Assembly: GCA_022797935.1 (NCBI GenBank)
Contig: JAAWLO010000004.1
Span: forward strand, 338 to 64,337
Direction of reading: 5' to 3'
Length of the DNA stretch: 64,000 nucleotides
DNA from: Oscillibacter sp.
GTDB lineage: Bacteria > Bacillota > Clostridia > Oscillospirales > Oscillospiraceae
Numbering within the stretch: position 1 is the stretch's first letter; each line of letters begins with the position of its first letter. Below are positions 32,235 through 42,163 of the stretch, one piece after another. The notes beneath the pieces are model-generated. The model did no database searches, was not told the DNA's origin, and saw nothing but the letters and a program-made list of their open reading frames with translations. Both the position numbers and the translations under genes were made by a program.

Positions 32235-33212
32235 ATGGAATTCTTCTCTGCGGACCTGATACGCCAGGAACTGCCCATGGAGGCGTGCATCCAGGCAATG
32301 GAGGAGGCGTTCCGTCTTCTCCACCGGAAGACCGGCCGGCATATCCTCCGCAAGCGCGTCTCTCTCCCCGGCGGCTCCATTGCCTGGGGGAACCTGATGA
32401 GCCTGATGCCCGCGTATTACGACCAGCATTACTGCGGGGCCAAGGTCTTCACGGTCTTTCCCGACAACAGCGGCACGGACCTGCCCACCCATCAGGGACT
32501 GGTGCTGCTCTTTGACGCCCAGAACGGCTCTCTCCTGGCCTGTGCCGACGCCAACGCCGTCACGGAGCTGCGGACGGCCGCCGCCACGGCCCTGGCCACC
32601 CGGCTTCTGGCCCGGCCGGAGGCCGCCTCCGCCGCTTTTGTGGGGGCAGGCCCTCTGGCCTATGCCCATCTGAAGGCCCTGATGCTGGTGCGGCCCTTCG
32701 CCCGGGTTGCCGTCTTCGACCTCAACCGGGAGCGGACCCTTCGGTTTGCCCAGTTTGCCCGGGAGACCTACGGCATAGAGGCGGAGGCGGCCCCAGACCT
32801 CCCCGCCGCCGTCCGGGAGGCGGATGTCATCACCACCGCCACCACGGCAGGGGAGCCCATTCTGTTCCGCGCCCACGTCCGGCCCGGCGTCCACATCAAT
32901 GCCTTGGGAGCCTGCGCCCCCATCTTCCGGGAGTTGTCCACCGACCTGGTCTGCGCCAGCCGTTTTTTCGGCGACTGCCGGGAGGCTGTTCTCAGCGAGC
33001 CCGGGGACTTCCTCATCCCCCTGCAGGAGGGCAGCATCCGGCCGGAGCACCTGCTGGGCGACTTGAGCGACCTGGTGGGCGGCTTCCAGGGCCGGACAAG
33101 CCCGGAGGACATCACCATTTTTGAGTCCCTGGGCATAGCCAACGAGGACATCGCCGCCGTCAAGTGGATCTATGAGGCGCGCAGGAGCCGGGCCTCCGGC
33201 GGGCAAAGGTAA
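32235..33212 (+). CDS. Ornithine cyclodeaminase/mu-crystallin family protein
   Basis: LMPAY, AKVFTVFPDN, TELRTAAATA, GVHINALGA and FESLGIA motifs; start could be 32223 instead. Confidence 0.9.
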   Translation: MEFFSADLIRQELPMEACIQAMEEAFRLLHRKTGRHILRKRVSLPGGSIAWGNLMSLMPAYYDQHYCGAKVFTVFPDNSGTDLPTHQGLVLLFDAQNGSLLACADANAVTELRTAAATALATRLLARPEAASAAFVGAGPLAYAHLKALMLVRPFARVAVFDLNRERTLRFAQFARETYGIEAEAAPDLPAAVREADVITTATTAGEPILFRAHVRPGVHINALGACAPIFRELSTDLVCASRFFGDCREAVLSEPGDFLIPLQEGSIRPEHLLGDLSDLVGGFQGRTSPEDITIFESLGIANEDIAAVKWIYEARRSRASGGQR

Positions 33213-33245
33213 GAGCCGCCCCGAAAACAGGACGGCTCCACGCCT

Positions 33246-34706
33246 TCAGTCTTCCGCCGGAACAGCGGCCAGCGCCCGGTAGAGCGCCTCGCTGCGGCGG
33301 CGGTAGGCTTCGTAATAAGTACTTGCTTCCGGCTGGAAAACTTCCCGCTGGTCTTGGCTGCGGGCGGCCCGGACGGCCTCCTCATAGCCGGGGCGCCAGC
33401 CCAAGGTCACCGCCGCCGAGGCGAAGGCGCCGATGGCCGTGGCCTGGGGGTCCTGGTAGCGGACCAGGGGCCGGTTCAGCATCCCGCACAGAATCCGGTT
33501 GAACACACCGCTGTTGGACAGGCCGCCGGAGAGATACACCGTCTCCGCGTCCTGGCAGCAGGCGGGCAGGACCGCCAGACTTTTGGCGATTTCCGCCGCC
33601 AGTCCCTCGTAGAGCGCCCGGGCCAGGTCCGCCTTTGTGTTCCGCAGGGACAGGCCGCAGAAGGCCGCCCGGGCGTCCGGATTCCAGTCCCGGGTTCCGC
33701 AGCCCTGGAAGTGCGGCAGGCAGAAGACGCCGTTGGCGCCCGGCGGAACCCCCTCCGCCAGCCGGTTCAGACGCTCCAGGTCCCCGCCGTACTCGGGGAA
33801 AACCTGCTCCGCCAGCCAGTTCAGGGCAGAGGCGCTGGCGAATACGTTGGCCTCTGCTGTGTACTTGCCCGGAATGGCGGAGACATTGCAGATCATAGCG
33901 GGATTTTCCAGCTCCGGCTGGTCCGTCAGGCTGAGGATGAAGGAGCCCGTACCGCTGTTGACCATGGCGGTCCGGCTGTCCAGCACGCCCAGACCCAGCG
34001 CGCCGCACTGCTGGTCCCCTCCGGCAGAAATTACCGGGACTCCCGCGGGGATCCCAGTCAGCCGCTGGAAGTCCCGGGTAATCCGGCCCGTGACGGAGCC
34101 CTGGGGAATCAGGGGGCACAGTTTTTCCGGGTCCAGGGCAAACAGGCGGCACAGCTCTTCATCCCACTCCAGTGTGGAGAGGTTCATCAGCAGGGTCCGG
34201 CTTCCGTAAGTCCGGTCGGTGGCTAAGCTGCCGGTCATGAACCAGAGGAGGTAGTCCGGTGCGATCACAGCCTTGTAGGCCTTGCCGTAGAGCTCCGGCC
34301 GGTTCCGCCGGATCCAGGTGAGCTTCGGCCCCGTGAAGACCGTGTTCACCGCCGCGCCGCTCCGGCGGAAGATTTCCCGGCTGAAGGGCTGGAGCTCCTC
34401 GCAGATTTCCCGGTTCCGGGTGTCCTGCCACATGATGAAGTCGCACAGGGGCCGCCCCTCCCGGTCCACCAGCGTGGGCGTGGAGCGGAAGGCGGTGAGC
34501 GACACCGCGTCAACCGGATATGCCTGGGCCACGGTTTTGCAGATGTCCGTCAGGCAGTCCGTCAGCCGCTGGGGGGACTGCTCGATCCAATCCCCCCGGC
34601 AGCACAGGGGCGTCCGGCGGCTGACAGACGTCAAAACGGTCCCCGCCGCGTCGAAGAGGATGCCCCGCATACTGGTTGTACCCATGTCCAAAGCCAAACA
34701 ATTCAT
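33246..34706 (-). CDS. FGGY family carbohydrate kinase
   Basis: LALDMGTTSMR, WQDTR, GGDQQCGALG and SGGLSNS motifs. Confidence 0.9.
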   Translation of the reverse strand: MNCLALDMGTTSMRGILFDAAGTVLTSVSRRTPLCCRGDWIEQSPQRLTDCLTDICKTVAQAYPVDAVSLTAFRSTPTLVDREGRPLCDFIMWQDTRNREICEELQPFSREIFRRSGAAVNTVFTGPKLTWIRRNRPELYGKAYKAVIAPDYLLWFMTGSLATDRTYGSRTLLMNLSTLEWDEELCRLFALDPEKLCPLIPQGSVTGRITRDFQRLTGIPAGVPVISAGGDQQCGALGLGVLDSRTAMVNSGTGSFILSLTDQPELENPAMICNVSAIPGKYTAEANVFASASALNWLAEQVFPEYGGDLERLNRLAEGVPPGANGVFCLPHFQGCGTRDWNPDARAAFCGLSLRNTKADLARALYEGLAAEIAKSLAVLPACCQDAETVYLSGGLSNSGVFNRILCGMLNRPLVRYQDPQATAIGAFASAAVTLGWRPGYEEAVRAARSQDQREVFQPEASTYYEAYRRRSEALYRALAAVPAED

Positions 34707-34852
34707 ACGCTGCCTCCGCGCTGCCTTCCGGCAAATTTTCTATTACATTAGCACACCAAATGGAAAAAGTCAATTTCAGTTTTCTGCCGCCGGACGGTGG
34801 AAGCCGCAGCTGCACAACATGCACAACATTCAGGAAAGTGAGGTTCGCAGAA

Positions 34853-35719
34853 ATGCTTGGAAATCATCTCTTGGGCCTGTATGAAAAGGCCCTGCCGCCG
34901 GAGTGGGACTGGAACGCCCGGCTCTCCGCCGCCAAGGAGCTGGGCTTTGACTTTGTGGAGCTCTCCATAGACGAGACGGACCGGCGTCTGGCCCGCCTGG
35001 ACTGGGGCCGGGCGGAACGGCGGGCCCTGCATCAGGCTCTGGAAGACAGCGGGATGTACTTCCAGTCCATGTGCCTCTCCGCCCACCGGCGGTTTCCCTT
35101 CGGAAGCGCCGGTCCGGCGGTCCGGGAGCGGGCGGGGGAAATTATGGAAAAGGCCCTTCTCTTTGCCCGGGAGTTCGGCATCCGCGTGATTCAGCTGGCG
35201 GGATACGACGTGTATTACGAGCCCTCCACACCGGAGAGCCGGGAGCGGTTTCTGCAGGGCCTGGAGCGGGCCTGCTGTCTGGCGGAGAAGTATCAGGTCA
35301 TGCTGGCCGTGGAGATTATGGATACGCCGCTGCTCAGCTCTATCAGCCGCTACATGGCGTTCAAGGAGCGCCTGCCCTCCCCCTGGTTCCTGGTTTATCC
35401 GGACATAGGAAACCTCACCGCCTGGGGAAACGACGTACCGGCGGAATTGCTGCTGGGAGGGCGGCAGATGGTGTCCATCCACCTGAAGGATACCCTGGCG
35501 GTAACGGCGGATTTTCCGGGGAAGTTCAAGTGCGTGCCCTTCGGGGCGGGCTGTGTGGACTTTGCCGCCGCCCTGGGGCAGCTGGAGGCCCTGGGCTACC
35601 GGGGGCCGTACATGCTGGAGATGTGGTATCAGCAGGGGCAGGACCCGAAGCGCTCGGTGGCGGACGCCCGTGCCTTTCTTGAGGGCCAGTACCGCAAAGC
35701 CTGTATTCCCTCCGCGTGA
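34853..35719 (+). CDS. ulaE: L-ribulose-5-phosphate 3-epimerase (UlaE/SgbU)
   Basis: LGLYEKAL, FDFVELSIDETDRRLARLDW, CLSAHRRFP, IQLAGYDVYY, YPDIGNL and HLKDT motifs. Confidence 0.9.
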   Translation: MLGNHLLGLYEKALPPEWDWNARLSAAKELGFDFVELSIDETDRRLARLDWGRAERRALHQALEDSGMYFQSMCLSAHRRFPFGSAGPAVRERAGEIMEKALLFAREFGIRVIQLAGYDVYYEPSTPESRERFLQGLERACCLAEKYQVMLAVEIMDTPLLSSISRYMAFKERLPSPWFLVYPDIGNLTAWGNDVPAELLLGGRQMVSIHLKDTLAVTADFPGKFKCVPFGAGCVDFAAALGQLEALGYRGPYMLEMWYQQGQDPKRSVADARAFLEGQYRKACIPSA

Positions 35720-35763
35720 TGTTGTATCCCGGTTTCAGTCCTCATCCCGCCGGGAAAGTCTGG

Positions 35764-36336
35764 TTACAGCGGCTGCTTCTTGGAGAAGAAAGGCGGGTTG
35801 CCGGTGAGCTGAATGCCGCACAGGGGATGCCCGCAGCTGCTGCAGAAGTTCAGGAGCTCTCCGCTGGTTGTAAGACCGCATTTGGGACAGACGGTGCGGC
35901 GGACAGAATCCGAAGTGATGCCGCAATCCGTCTGGCCGGAAAAATCGAAGGGCGGTGCGGACAGCCATATATTGTTTTTGATGATCTCGAAAAAGGGAAC
36001 TCGGAGGTAAGCGTAAACTGTGAGGTAGCCAATCAGACGGCAGGCATCCGGGCTGCATTGCAGGGGCCGGCCAATGTACTGGCAGACGAGATCCTTTTCG
36101 CGCATACACTCCCAGCAGAGAAGGGATAAGCGCTGGACCCGCCGGGTGGCGGCGCAGCAGGACAGACCCATCAGCTTGGCCACAGAGGGATAGACTTCTT
36201 TGGCCCGGATGCTCTCCAAAGGGGTGTGTTCGACAAAAAAGAGACCGCCAATGATTTCGGACGCGCAGGTGAGCGGGTGGATGCTGGCTCGGGTATCACC
36301 GACAGTGAAACGAATCAGGCATTCTGAAGGCTCCAT
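35764..36336 (-). CDS. Spo0A C-terminal-like HTH protein fused to a Zn ribbon
   Basis: KEVYPSVAKLMG...TRRVQR resembles [12 protein letters not shown]...ERAIR of the Spo0A in this window; C-terminal CPKCG...FCSSCG. Confidence 0.55.
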   Translation of the reverse strand: MEPSECLIRFTVGDTRASIHPLTCASEIIGGLFFVEHTPLESIRAKEVYPSVAKLMGLSCCAATRRVQRLSLLCWECMREKDLVCQYIGRPLQCSPDACRLIGYLTVYAYLRVPFFEIIKNNIWLSAPPFDFSGQTDCGITSDSVRRTVCPKCGLTTSGELLNFCSSCGHPLCGIQLTGNPPFFSKKQPL

Positions 36337-36775
36337 TTTATCACCTAATTTCCTTCTAAAAGATTCTCATAGAATACTTCCCAATCATATGGCAATTTTC
36401 TGCAATTGCCAGACTAACGACATAAGAAGACAAAACTCCCATTTTATTCCTGGTACAGAAGACGGTTTCTTTTGCTGTACAATCATATCTGAATTGGAGC
36501 GCAGATAAGGAAAAAGCGCCATTTTTAATGCCAAACTGAAAATCTGATTTGATACATGAATGTATCCGACATAATTTTTATTATTTTGGGTCATTTTTCC
36601 AAGATGTCTCCAGTTGCCGGAATAGGGGGGCGTCCCCCGGATTCCCGGCTCAAGCGGAAGAGGGCCTGCCGGACAGTCTTTGTGCATAACGCCCTTAAAT
36701 ATTTGAAACTGCGGTGCTGTTTCCGTTGTAATACACAGTTCTTCGGTGTGTTTTCTGCCGTGGGTAAATTCTTTG

Positions 36776-36804
36776 TTGACAAGCGGCGCCGGGGGTGCTA
36801 TCAT
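36776..36804 (+). promoter_or_regulatory. Sigma-A promoter of the met leader/operon
   Basis: TTGACA(36776-36781)-17-TATCAT(36799-36804) with extended TG. Confidence 0.75.
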
Positions 36805-36846
36805 AACGGATAAGTTAGATTTACACAGAGGGAAGGAGCGATTGAG

Positions 36847-36963
36847 ATGTTCCATTGGGCTTGCCGAATGCAGAGCAGCATGTGCATGGACATGGCGATG
36901 CCGATGCCCAGGATTTCTTGCGCTCATTTGCTGCCTGCCCGGAACATACAGGGGATTTCTTGA
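36847..36963 (+). CDS. Putative Met-rich leader peptide (38 aa)
   Basis: AGGAG RBS (36834-36838) 8 nt before ATG; translates MFHWACRMQSSMCMDMAMPMPRISCAHLLPARNIQGIS* with 7 Met and 3 Cys. Confidence 0.7.
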   Translation: MFHWACRMQSSMCMDMAMPMPRISCAHLLPARNIQGIS

Positions 36964-37002
36964 CTTGGCGCTGTGCGCCGTCTCAGGTTTGTGATCGTCC
37001 TG

Positions 37003-37032
37003 AAGCGGGGAGCTTTGAGCTCTCCGCTTTTT
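37003..37032 (+). terminator. Leader (attenuator) terminator upstream of metN
   Basis: aagcggggagct-ttg-agctctccgctt hairpin with T-run, lying between the leader ORF and the metN RBS. Confidence 0.75.
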
Positions 37033-37060
37033 CGCGTTTATAGGCAAAGGAGGAATTGGC

Positions 37061-38107
37061 TTGATTGAACTCAGACAGGTATCCAAGGATTTTGGAAGCG
37101 GCTCCCAGCAGGTCCACGCCGTCCGGGATGTTTCCCTCTCCATTGCGAAGGGAGAGATTTTCGGCATTATCGGCTTCTCCGGCGCGGGAAAGTCCACCCT
37201 GGTGCGGTGCATGAACCTGCTGGAGCGGCCCACCGCCGGGACGGTGACGGTGGACGGGCAGGAGCTCACCGCCCTCCCCGCCAGGGAGCTGCGCCAGGCC
37301 CGGAAGAAAATCGGCATGATTTTCCAGCATTTCAACCTCATGCCCTCCCGTACGGTCTTCGGCAACGTGGCCTATCCCCTCCGGGGCAGCGGCCTGAGCA
37401 AGCAGGAGATTCGGGAGAAGGTACAGCGGCTGCTGGACCTGGTGGAAATCGGAGACAAGGCCGGCGCGTATCCCCGGCAGCTCTCCGGCGGACAGAAGCA
37501 GCGGGTAGCCATTGCCCGGGCTCTGGCCAACGACCCCAGCGTCCTCCTCTGCGACGAGGCCACCTCCGCGCTGGACCCGCAGACTACCAAATCCATTCTG
37601 CACCTCCTGCGGCAGCTCAATGAGACCATGGGCATCACCGTGGTGGTCATCACCCACGAGATGGCGGTCGTCAAGGAAATCTGCGGCCGGGTGGCGGTGA
37701 TGGAGGGCGGCCGGGTGGCGGAGGAGGGGGAGGTGTTCTCCATCTTCGCCGCGCCCAAGGAGCCCATCACCCAGAGCTTCATCCGCACCACCTCCAACCT
37801 CCAGAAAATTGAGGAGCTGATTGCCCAGGATTCCCCCATTGCCCGCCTCCGGCCCGGCGAACTGATTGTCCGGCTGACCTACGTGGAGCGGAACCCGGCG
37901 GAGCCCATCATCTCCGAGGCCTCCCTGCGCTACGGCGTGGTGCTGAATATCATCTTTGCCGACATAGAGATCATCCAGGGCGCACCCATCGGCGGCACGG
38001 TGGCCATTATCGGCGGCGAGCGGGAGAAGGTCACGGCGGCGGTGGCGTACATGATTGAGCGAAATGTTGGCGTGGAGGTGCTGAAAGATGCAAGAGATGC
38101 TGTTTGA
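37061..38107 (+). CDS. metN: Methionine ABC transporter ATPase
   Basis: GFSGAGKST, LSGGQKQRVAIARALAN and CDEATSALDPQTT motifs; C-terminal NIL-like domain; AAGGAGG RBS with TTG start. Confidence 0.92.
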   Translation: MIELRQVSKDFGSGSQQVHAVRDVSLSIAKGEIFGIIGFSGAGKSTLVRCMNLLERPTAGTVTVDGQELTALPARELRQARKKIGMIFQHFNLMPSRTVFGNVAYPLRGSGLSKQEIREKVQRLLDLVEIGDKAGAYPRQLSGGQKQRVAIARALANDPSVLLCDEATSALDPQTTKSILHLLRQLNETMGITVVVITHEMAVVKEICGRVAVMEGGRVAEEGEVFSIFAAPKEPITQSFIRTTSNLQKIEELIAQDSPIARLRPGELIVRLTYVERNPAEPIISEASLRYGVVLNIIFADIEIIQGAPIGGTVAIIGGEREKVTAAVAYMIERNVGVEVLKDARDAV

Positions 38108-38768
38108 GCTGCTGCCCCATGTGATGGACAACCTTCCGGACCTCTGGGAGGCCCTGGCGGACACCCTGCTGATGGTGCTGTGGTCCGGGGCCATCTCCTT
38201 TCTGCTGGGCCTTTTCCTGGGCGTGCTGCTGACGGTGACCAGGCCCGGGGCAATCCTGGAGAACAAGCCCTTTTATCATCTGGCGGACAAGGTAATCAGC
38301 CTCTTCCGCTCCATTCCCTTCATCATTCTGCTGACCTGGGTGATGCCCCTGTCCCGGGCCATTGCCGGAACCACCCTCTATGTCCGGGGCGCGATTGTGC
38401 CGCTGGTGTTCGGGTCGGTGCCCTTCTTCTCCCGGCAGGTGGAAAGTGCGCTGGCGGAGCTGGACCGGGGCCTGATTGAGGCCGCCCTCTCCATGGGCTC
38501 CAGTCCCTGGGAGATCATTTTCCGGGTCTATCTTCGGGAGAGCGTTGCCTCCATTGCCCGGGGCGCTACCATCACCCTGGTGAGCCTGCTGAACCTGACG
38601 GCTATGGCCGGTGTGGTGGGCGCCGGGGGACTGGGTGATTTCGCCGTCCGCTACGGCCACGACCGGAACTGGGGCGACGTCACCAATGTGACGGTGCTGC
38701 TGCTGGTTATCATTGTGTGCGTCATTGAATTTACCGGCGGACGCGTCGTCAAAAAAACCAGTCATTGA
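38088..38768 (+). CDS. metI: Methionine ABC transporter permease
   Basis: RSIPFIIL, GLIEAALSMGS and MAGVVGAGGLG motifs. Confidence 0.92.
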   Translation: MQEMLFELLPHVMDNLPDLWEALADTLLMVLWSGAISFLLGLFLGVLLTVTRPGAILENKPFYHLADKVISLFRSIPFIILLTWVMPLSRAIAGTTLYVRGAIVPLVFGSVPFFSRQVESALAELDRGLIEAALSMGSSPWEIIFRVYLRESVASIARGATITLVSLLNLTAMAGVVGAGGLGDFAVRYGHDRNWGDVTNVTVLLLVIIVCVIEFTGGRVVKKTSH

Positions 38769-38779
38769 GGAGGTATGAA

Positions 38780-39739
38780 ATGGACCTGCAAGCGCGTAAG
38801 ATTGTCATCATTGGCGCGGGACACGTGGGCTCCCACGCGGGCTATGCCCTGATTTCCCAGGGGCTTGCCGAGGAGATCGTTCTAATCGACATTGACCGGA
38901 AAAAGGCCGAGGCCCAGGCGCTGGACCTGTTTGACGCCACCCTTTATCTTCCCAGCCGGACCCTTGTCCGGGCGGGAGACTATCAGGACGCAGCGGATGC
39001 GCAGCTTCTGATTGTCGCGGCGGGGCCGCTGCCGGATATGAGCAAGGGCCAGACCCGCATGGATACCCTGCGCCAGACCATTGCGATCATGAAGGATGTG
39101 ACGGCGTCCATCCGGACCTCCGGGTTCAGCGGCATCATTCTGAGCATTTCCAATCCCGCCGACGTGGTGGCCCATTACATTCAGCACCAGCTGAACTGGG
39201 AGCCCCGCCGTGTCCTCTCCACCAGCACGACCCTGGATTCGGCCCGCCTCCGCCGGGCATTGGCTCAGGCCATAGGTGTGGATCAGAAATCCGTCACCGC
39301 TTACGCCCTGGGGGAACACGGAGAGAGTCAGATGGTTCCCTGGTCTGCGGCCAGCATTGCCGGAAAGCCCCTGCCGCAGCTTCGGGCGGAACAGCCCGAT
39401 ACCTATGGACAGCTGGACCTGGACGCCATTGCCGCCAATGGCCGCGCCGGAGGCTGGGTCATTCTGGGCGGCAAGGGGTCCACGGAATTCGGAATCGGGG
39501 CGTCTATTGCAGAGGTGGTGCGGGCCATCTTCCACGACGAGGACCGGATTCTTCCGGTGTCCGTCCTGCTGGAGGGCCAGTATGGCCAGCAGGGGGTTTA
39601 CGCCAGTGTTCCCGCCCGCCTGAACCGTCACGGCGTGGCCGAAATTCTGGAATTGACTCTCACGGAGGAGGAGCAGGCCCAGTTTGCCGCCTCCTGTAAA
39701 ACCATGCGGGAAAATTTCCGGCTTGCGCTGACGCTTTGA
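38780..39739 (+). CDS. L-lactate/L-2-hydroxyacid dehydrogenase family enzyme
   Basis: IIGAGHVG, SNPAD, TLDSARL, LGEHGES and KGSTEFGIG motifs; atypical substrate loop AAGPLPDMSKGQTRMD. Confidence 0.88.
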   Translation: MDLQARKIVIIGAGHVGSHAGYALISQGLAEEIVLIDIDRKKAEAQALDLFDATLYLPSRTLVRAGDYQDAADAQLLIVAAGPLPDMSKGQTRMDTLRQTIAIMKDVTASIRTSGFSGIILSISNPADVVAHYIQHQLNWEPRRVLSTSTTLDSARLRRALAQAIGVDQKSVTAYALGEHGESQMVPWSAASIAGKPLPQLRAEQPDTYGQLDLDAIAANGRAGGWVILGGKGSTEFGIGASIAEVVRAIFHDEDRILPVSVLLEGQYGQQGVYASVPARLNRHGVAEILELTLTEEEQAQFAASCKTMRENFRLALTL

Positions 39740-39773
39740 CCAATGCCTGATTTGATTTTTAGGAGGAATTGAT

Positions 39774-40649
39774 ATGAATTTCAAAAAACTTCTCACCCTG
39801 GCCATTGCCGCCGCCCTCACCCTGACCCTCGCCGCCTGCGGCGGTTCCGGCGGCAGCGGGGATTCCGGCAGTTCCGGTTCCGCCGCTGAGCCTGTCACCA
39901 TCAAGCTGGGCGTGGTAGGCGGCATCTACGAGGATCTCTGGACCCCGGCTCAGGAGGCTCTGAAGGCGGAGAACATCAATCTGGAATTTGTCCAGTTTTC
40001 CGACTATGTCACCCCCAATAACGCCCTGGCCAACAACGAGATTGACCTCAACGCCTTCCAGCACCGCATTTACCTGCAAAGCGAGCTGGACAGCTACGGC
40101 TATGAAATCGAGACCGTGGGCAACACCTTCATCATTCCCCTGAACATCTATTCCGACAAGGTATCTGCCGTGGAGGAGCTGAAGGACGGCGACGTGGTGG
40201 CCATCCCCGACGACCTTACCAACGGCGGCCGGGCCCTGAAGGTTCTGGAGGCGGCGGGACTCATCACCCTGGACGCCTCGGCGGGCTTCAGCCCCACCCT
40301 GGACGACATCACGGCCTACAACACCGCCATTGAGATTGAGGAGCTGAAGGCCAACGTCATTCCCTCCATCCTGCCCGACGTGGCCGCCGCCGTGGTCAAC
40401 GGCAACTACGCCCTGGATTTCGGCCTGAAGACCGAGGAGGCCATTTACAAGGATTCCGTGCTGGACGTGGAGGAGTACTGGTGCCTGGTGGCCGCCCGGA
40501 GTGCGGACCTGGAGGACCCTGCCAAGAAGGAGATCTATCACAAGGTTGTGCAGGCCTTCCAGAGCGAGGGGACCGAGAAGGTTTTCAGCGAGGACTACGG
40601 CGGGTATTTCATCGCCGTGGGCTGGGACCAGGACCTGCTGGCGCAGTAA
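39774..40649 (+). CDS. metQ: MetQ/NlpA family substrate-binding lipoprotein
   Basis: Lipobox LTLAAC; FSDYVTPNNAL, DLNAFQH, PDDLTNGGRAL and VNGNYA motifs. Confidence 0.9.
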   Translation: MNFKKLLTLAIAAALTLTLAACGGSGGSGDSGSSGSAAEPVTIKLGVVGGIYEDLWTPAQEALKAENINLEFVQFSDYVTPNNALANNEIDLNAFQHRIYLQSELDSYGYEIETVGNTFIIPLNIYSDKVSAVEELKDGDVVAIPDDLTNGGRALKVLEAAGLITLDASAGFSPTLDDITAYNTAIEIEELKANVIPSILPDVAAAVVNGNYALDFGLKTEEAIYKDSVLDVEEYWCLVAARSADLEDPAKKEIYHKVVQAFQSEGTEKVFSEDYGGYFIAVGWDQDLLAQ

Positions 40650-40719
40650 GCGGCAGCCGCCGGGTCTCCGGCCCGCCGTGCCGGGAGCGGGGACCCCATT
40701 GCAGACAGGAGGATGTATC

Positions 40720-42120
40720 ATGCAGATTGACCAGCAGGCTCTGCGGGCGCTCATTTCGGATGAGGACCGCCTGCTTTTCCGTCCCATTCCGCCGGAATAC
40801 CAGACGGACGCCCTGGGCCGCCTCCGCGGCGAGGCCGGGGCCCTGGCGTTTCCCCTCTCCGCCCAGGAGGTCAGCGGCATTCTGGCCTATGCCCACGCGC
40901 ACCGCATTCCCGTGACGCCCCGGGGCGCGGGCACCAACCTGGTGGGTTCCACCGTGCCGCTCCAGGGGGGCATCATCCTGGACCTGAGCCGGATGAACCG
41001 GATTCTGGAGCTGGACCGGGACACCATGACCGTCACCGTGGAGCCGGGCATCCTGCTCCAGGATCTCCAGGCCTATGTAGAGAGCGAGGGCCTTTTCTAC
41101 CCGCCGGACCCCGGCGAGAAGGCCTCCAGTATCGGCGGCAACATCAGCACCAATGCCGGAGGCATGCGGGCGGTGAAATACGGCGTCACCCGGGACTACG
41201 TCCGGGGGCTGGAGGCGGTTCTGCCGGACGGCACGATTCTGAATGTGGGCGGCAAGCAGGTGAAGGACGCCAGCGGCCTGAGTCTCAAACATCTGCTGAT
41301 CGGTTCCGAGGGGACCCTGGCGGTTATTACCCGATGTGTGCTGCGGCTGCTGCCCAAGCCGGAGGCCTCCGTCAGCGTGCTGGTGCCCTATGCAGACCTG
41401 AACACGGGTATCCGCAGCGTCCTGACCATTCTCCAGGCCGACGCCAACCCCACGGCGGTGGAGTTTATGGAGCGGAAGGTGGTGGCCCTGGGCGAGGCAT
41501 TCTCCGGCGTCCGCTATCCCTGCCCGGAGGCGGGAAGCTACATCCTGCTGACCTTTGACGGCCGGGAAAACGAGGTGGAAGCCAACCTGGAGCGGGTCCG
41601 GACCCTGGCTCTGGAAAATGGGGCCCTGGACTATACGGTCCTGCGGGACCCGGAGCAGGCGGCGGACATCTGGCGGGTCCGGGGCGCTCTGGTAAAGGCG
41701 GTGGAGGCCGTGTCGGAACAGGAGCCGGTAGACATTGTGGTGCCCATCAGCCGCACGGCGGAGTTTATCCGCTTTGTCAATGAGCTGGAGGCCTCCTCCG
41801 GCGTCCGGATGGTTAGCTTCGGCCACGCCGGAGACGGCAATGTCCATCTCTGCGTGGTTCGGGGAGACCGGGATGAGGAGACCTGGGAGCGGGAGCTCCA
41901 CGCCGTCATGGACCAGGCCTACGCCGAGGCCTACCGGCTGGGAGGCGTGGCCTCCGGGGAGCACGGCATTGGCGTTTCCAAGCGGCGGTATTTCCTGCGG
42001 GAGAGCCGGGCGGAGAATCTGGCGGTCATGAACCAGATCAAGAATGCCCTGGACCCTCTGCACATTCTCAACGACCAGAAGTCCTATATTCCGGAGACCC
42101 GCCGGGACGAGTCCCGCTGA
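40720..42120 (+). CDS. FAD-linked 2-hydroxyacid dehydrogenase (GlcD/D-LDH-like, VAO family)
   Basis: [40 protein letters not shown] and SGEHGIG motifs. Confidence 0.9.
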   Translation: MQIDQQALRALISDEDRLLFRPIPPEYQTDALGRLRGEAGALAFPLSAQEVSGILAYAHAHRIPVTPRGAGTNLVGSTVPLQGGIILDLSRMNRILELDRDTMTVTVEPGILLQDLQAYVESEGLFYPPDPGEKASSIGGNISTNAGGMRAVKYGVTRDYVRGLEAVLPDGTILNVGGKQVKDASGLSLKHLLIGSEGTLAVITRCVLRLLPKPEASVSVLVPYADLNTGIRSVLTILQADANPTAVEFMERKVVALGEAFSGVRYPCPEAGSYILLTFDGRENEVEANLERVRTLALENGALDYTVLRDPEQAADIWRVRGALVKAVEAVSEQEPVDIVVPISRTAEFIRFVNELEASSGVRMVSFGHAGDGNVHLCVVRGDRDEETWERELHAVMDQAYAEAYRLGGVASGEHGIGVSKRRYFLRESRAENLAVMNQIKNALDPLHILNDQKSYIPETRRDESR

Positions 42121-42163
42121 AGTCCCCGGGCGAAGGAACAAATTGAGGGGGAGGAATCTGCTT

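Noticed and set aside
36385-36760. Short ORFs in the AT-rich stretch upstream of the met promoter
   Set aside because: No convincing RBS or motifs; more likely regulatory or intergenic DNA.
36842-36994. Overlapping Cys-rich frame (LRCSIGLAECRAACAW...) as a Cys leader peptide
   Set aside because: Its TTG is only 3 nt from the RBS, and many of its Cys codons are a by-product of ATG-Y runs in the Met frame. A secondary role is not excluded.
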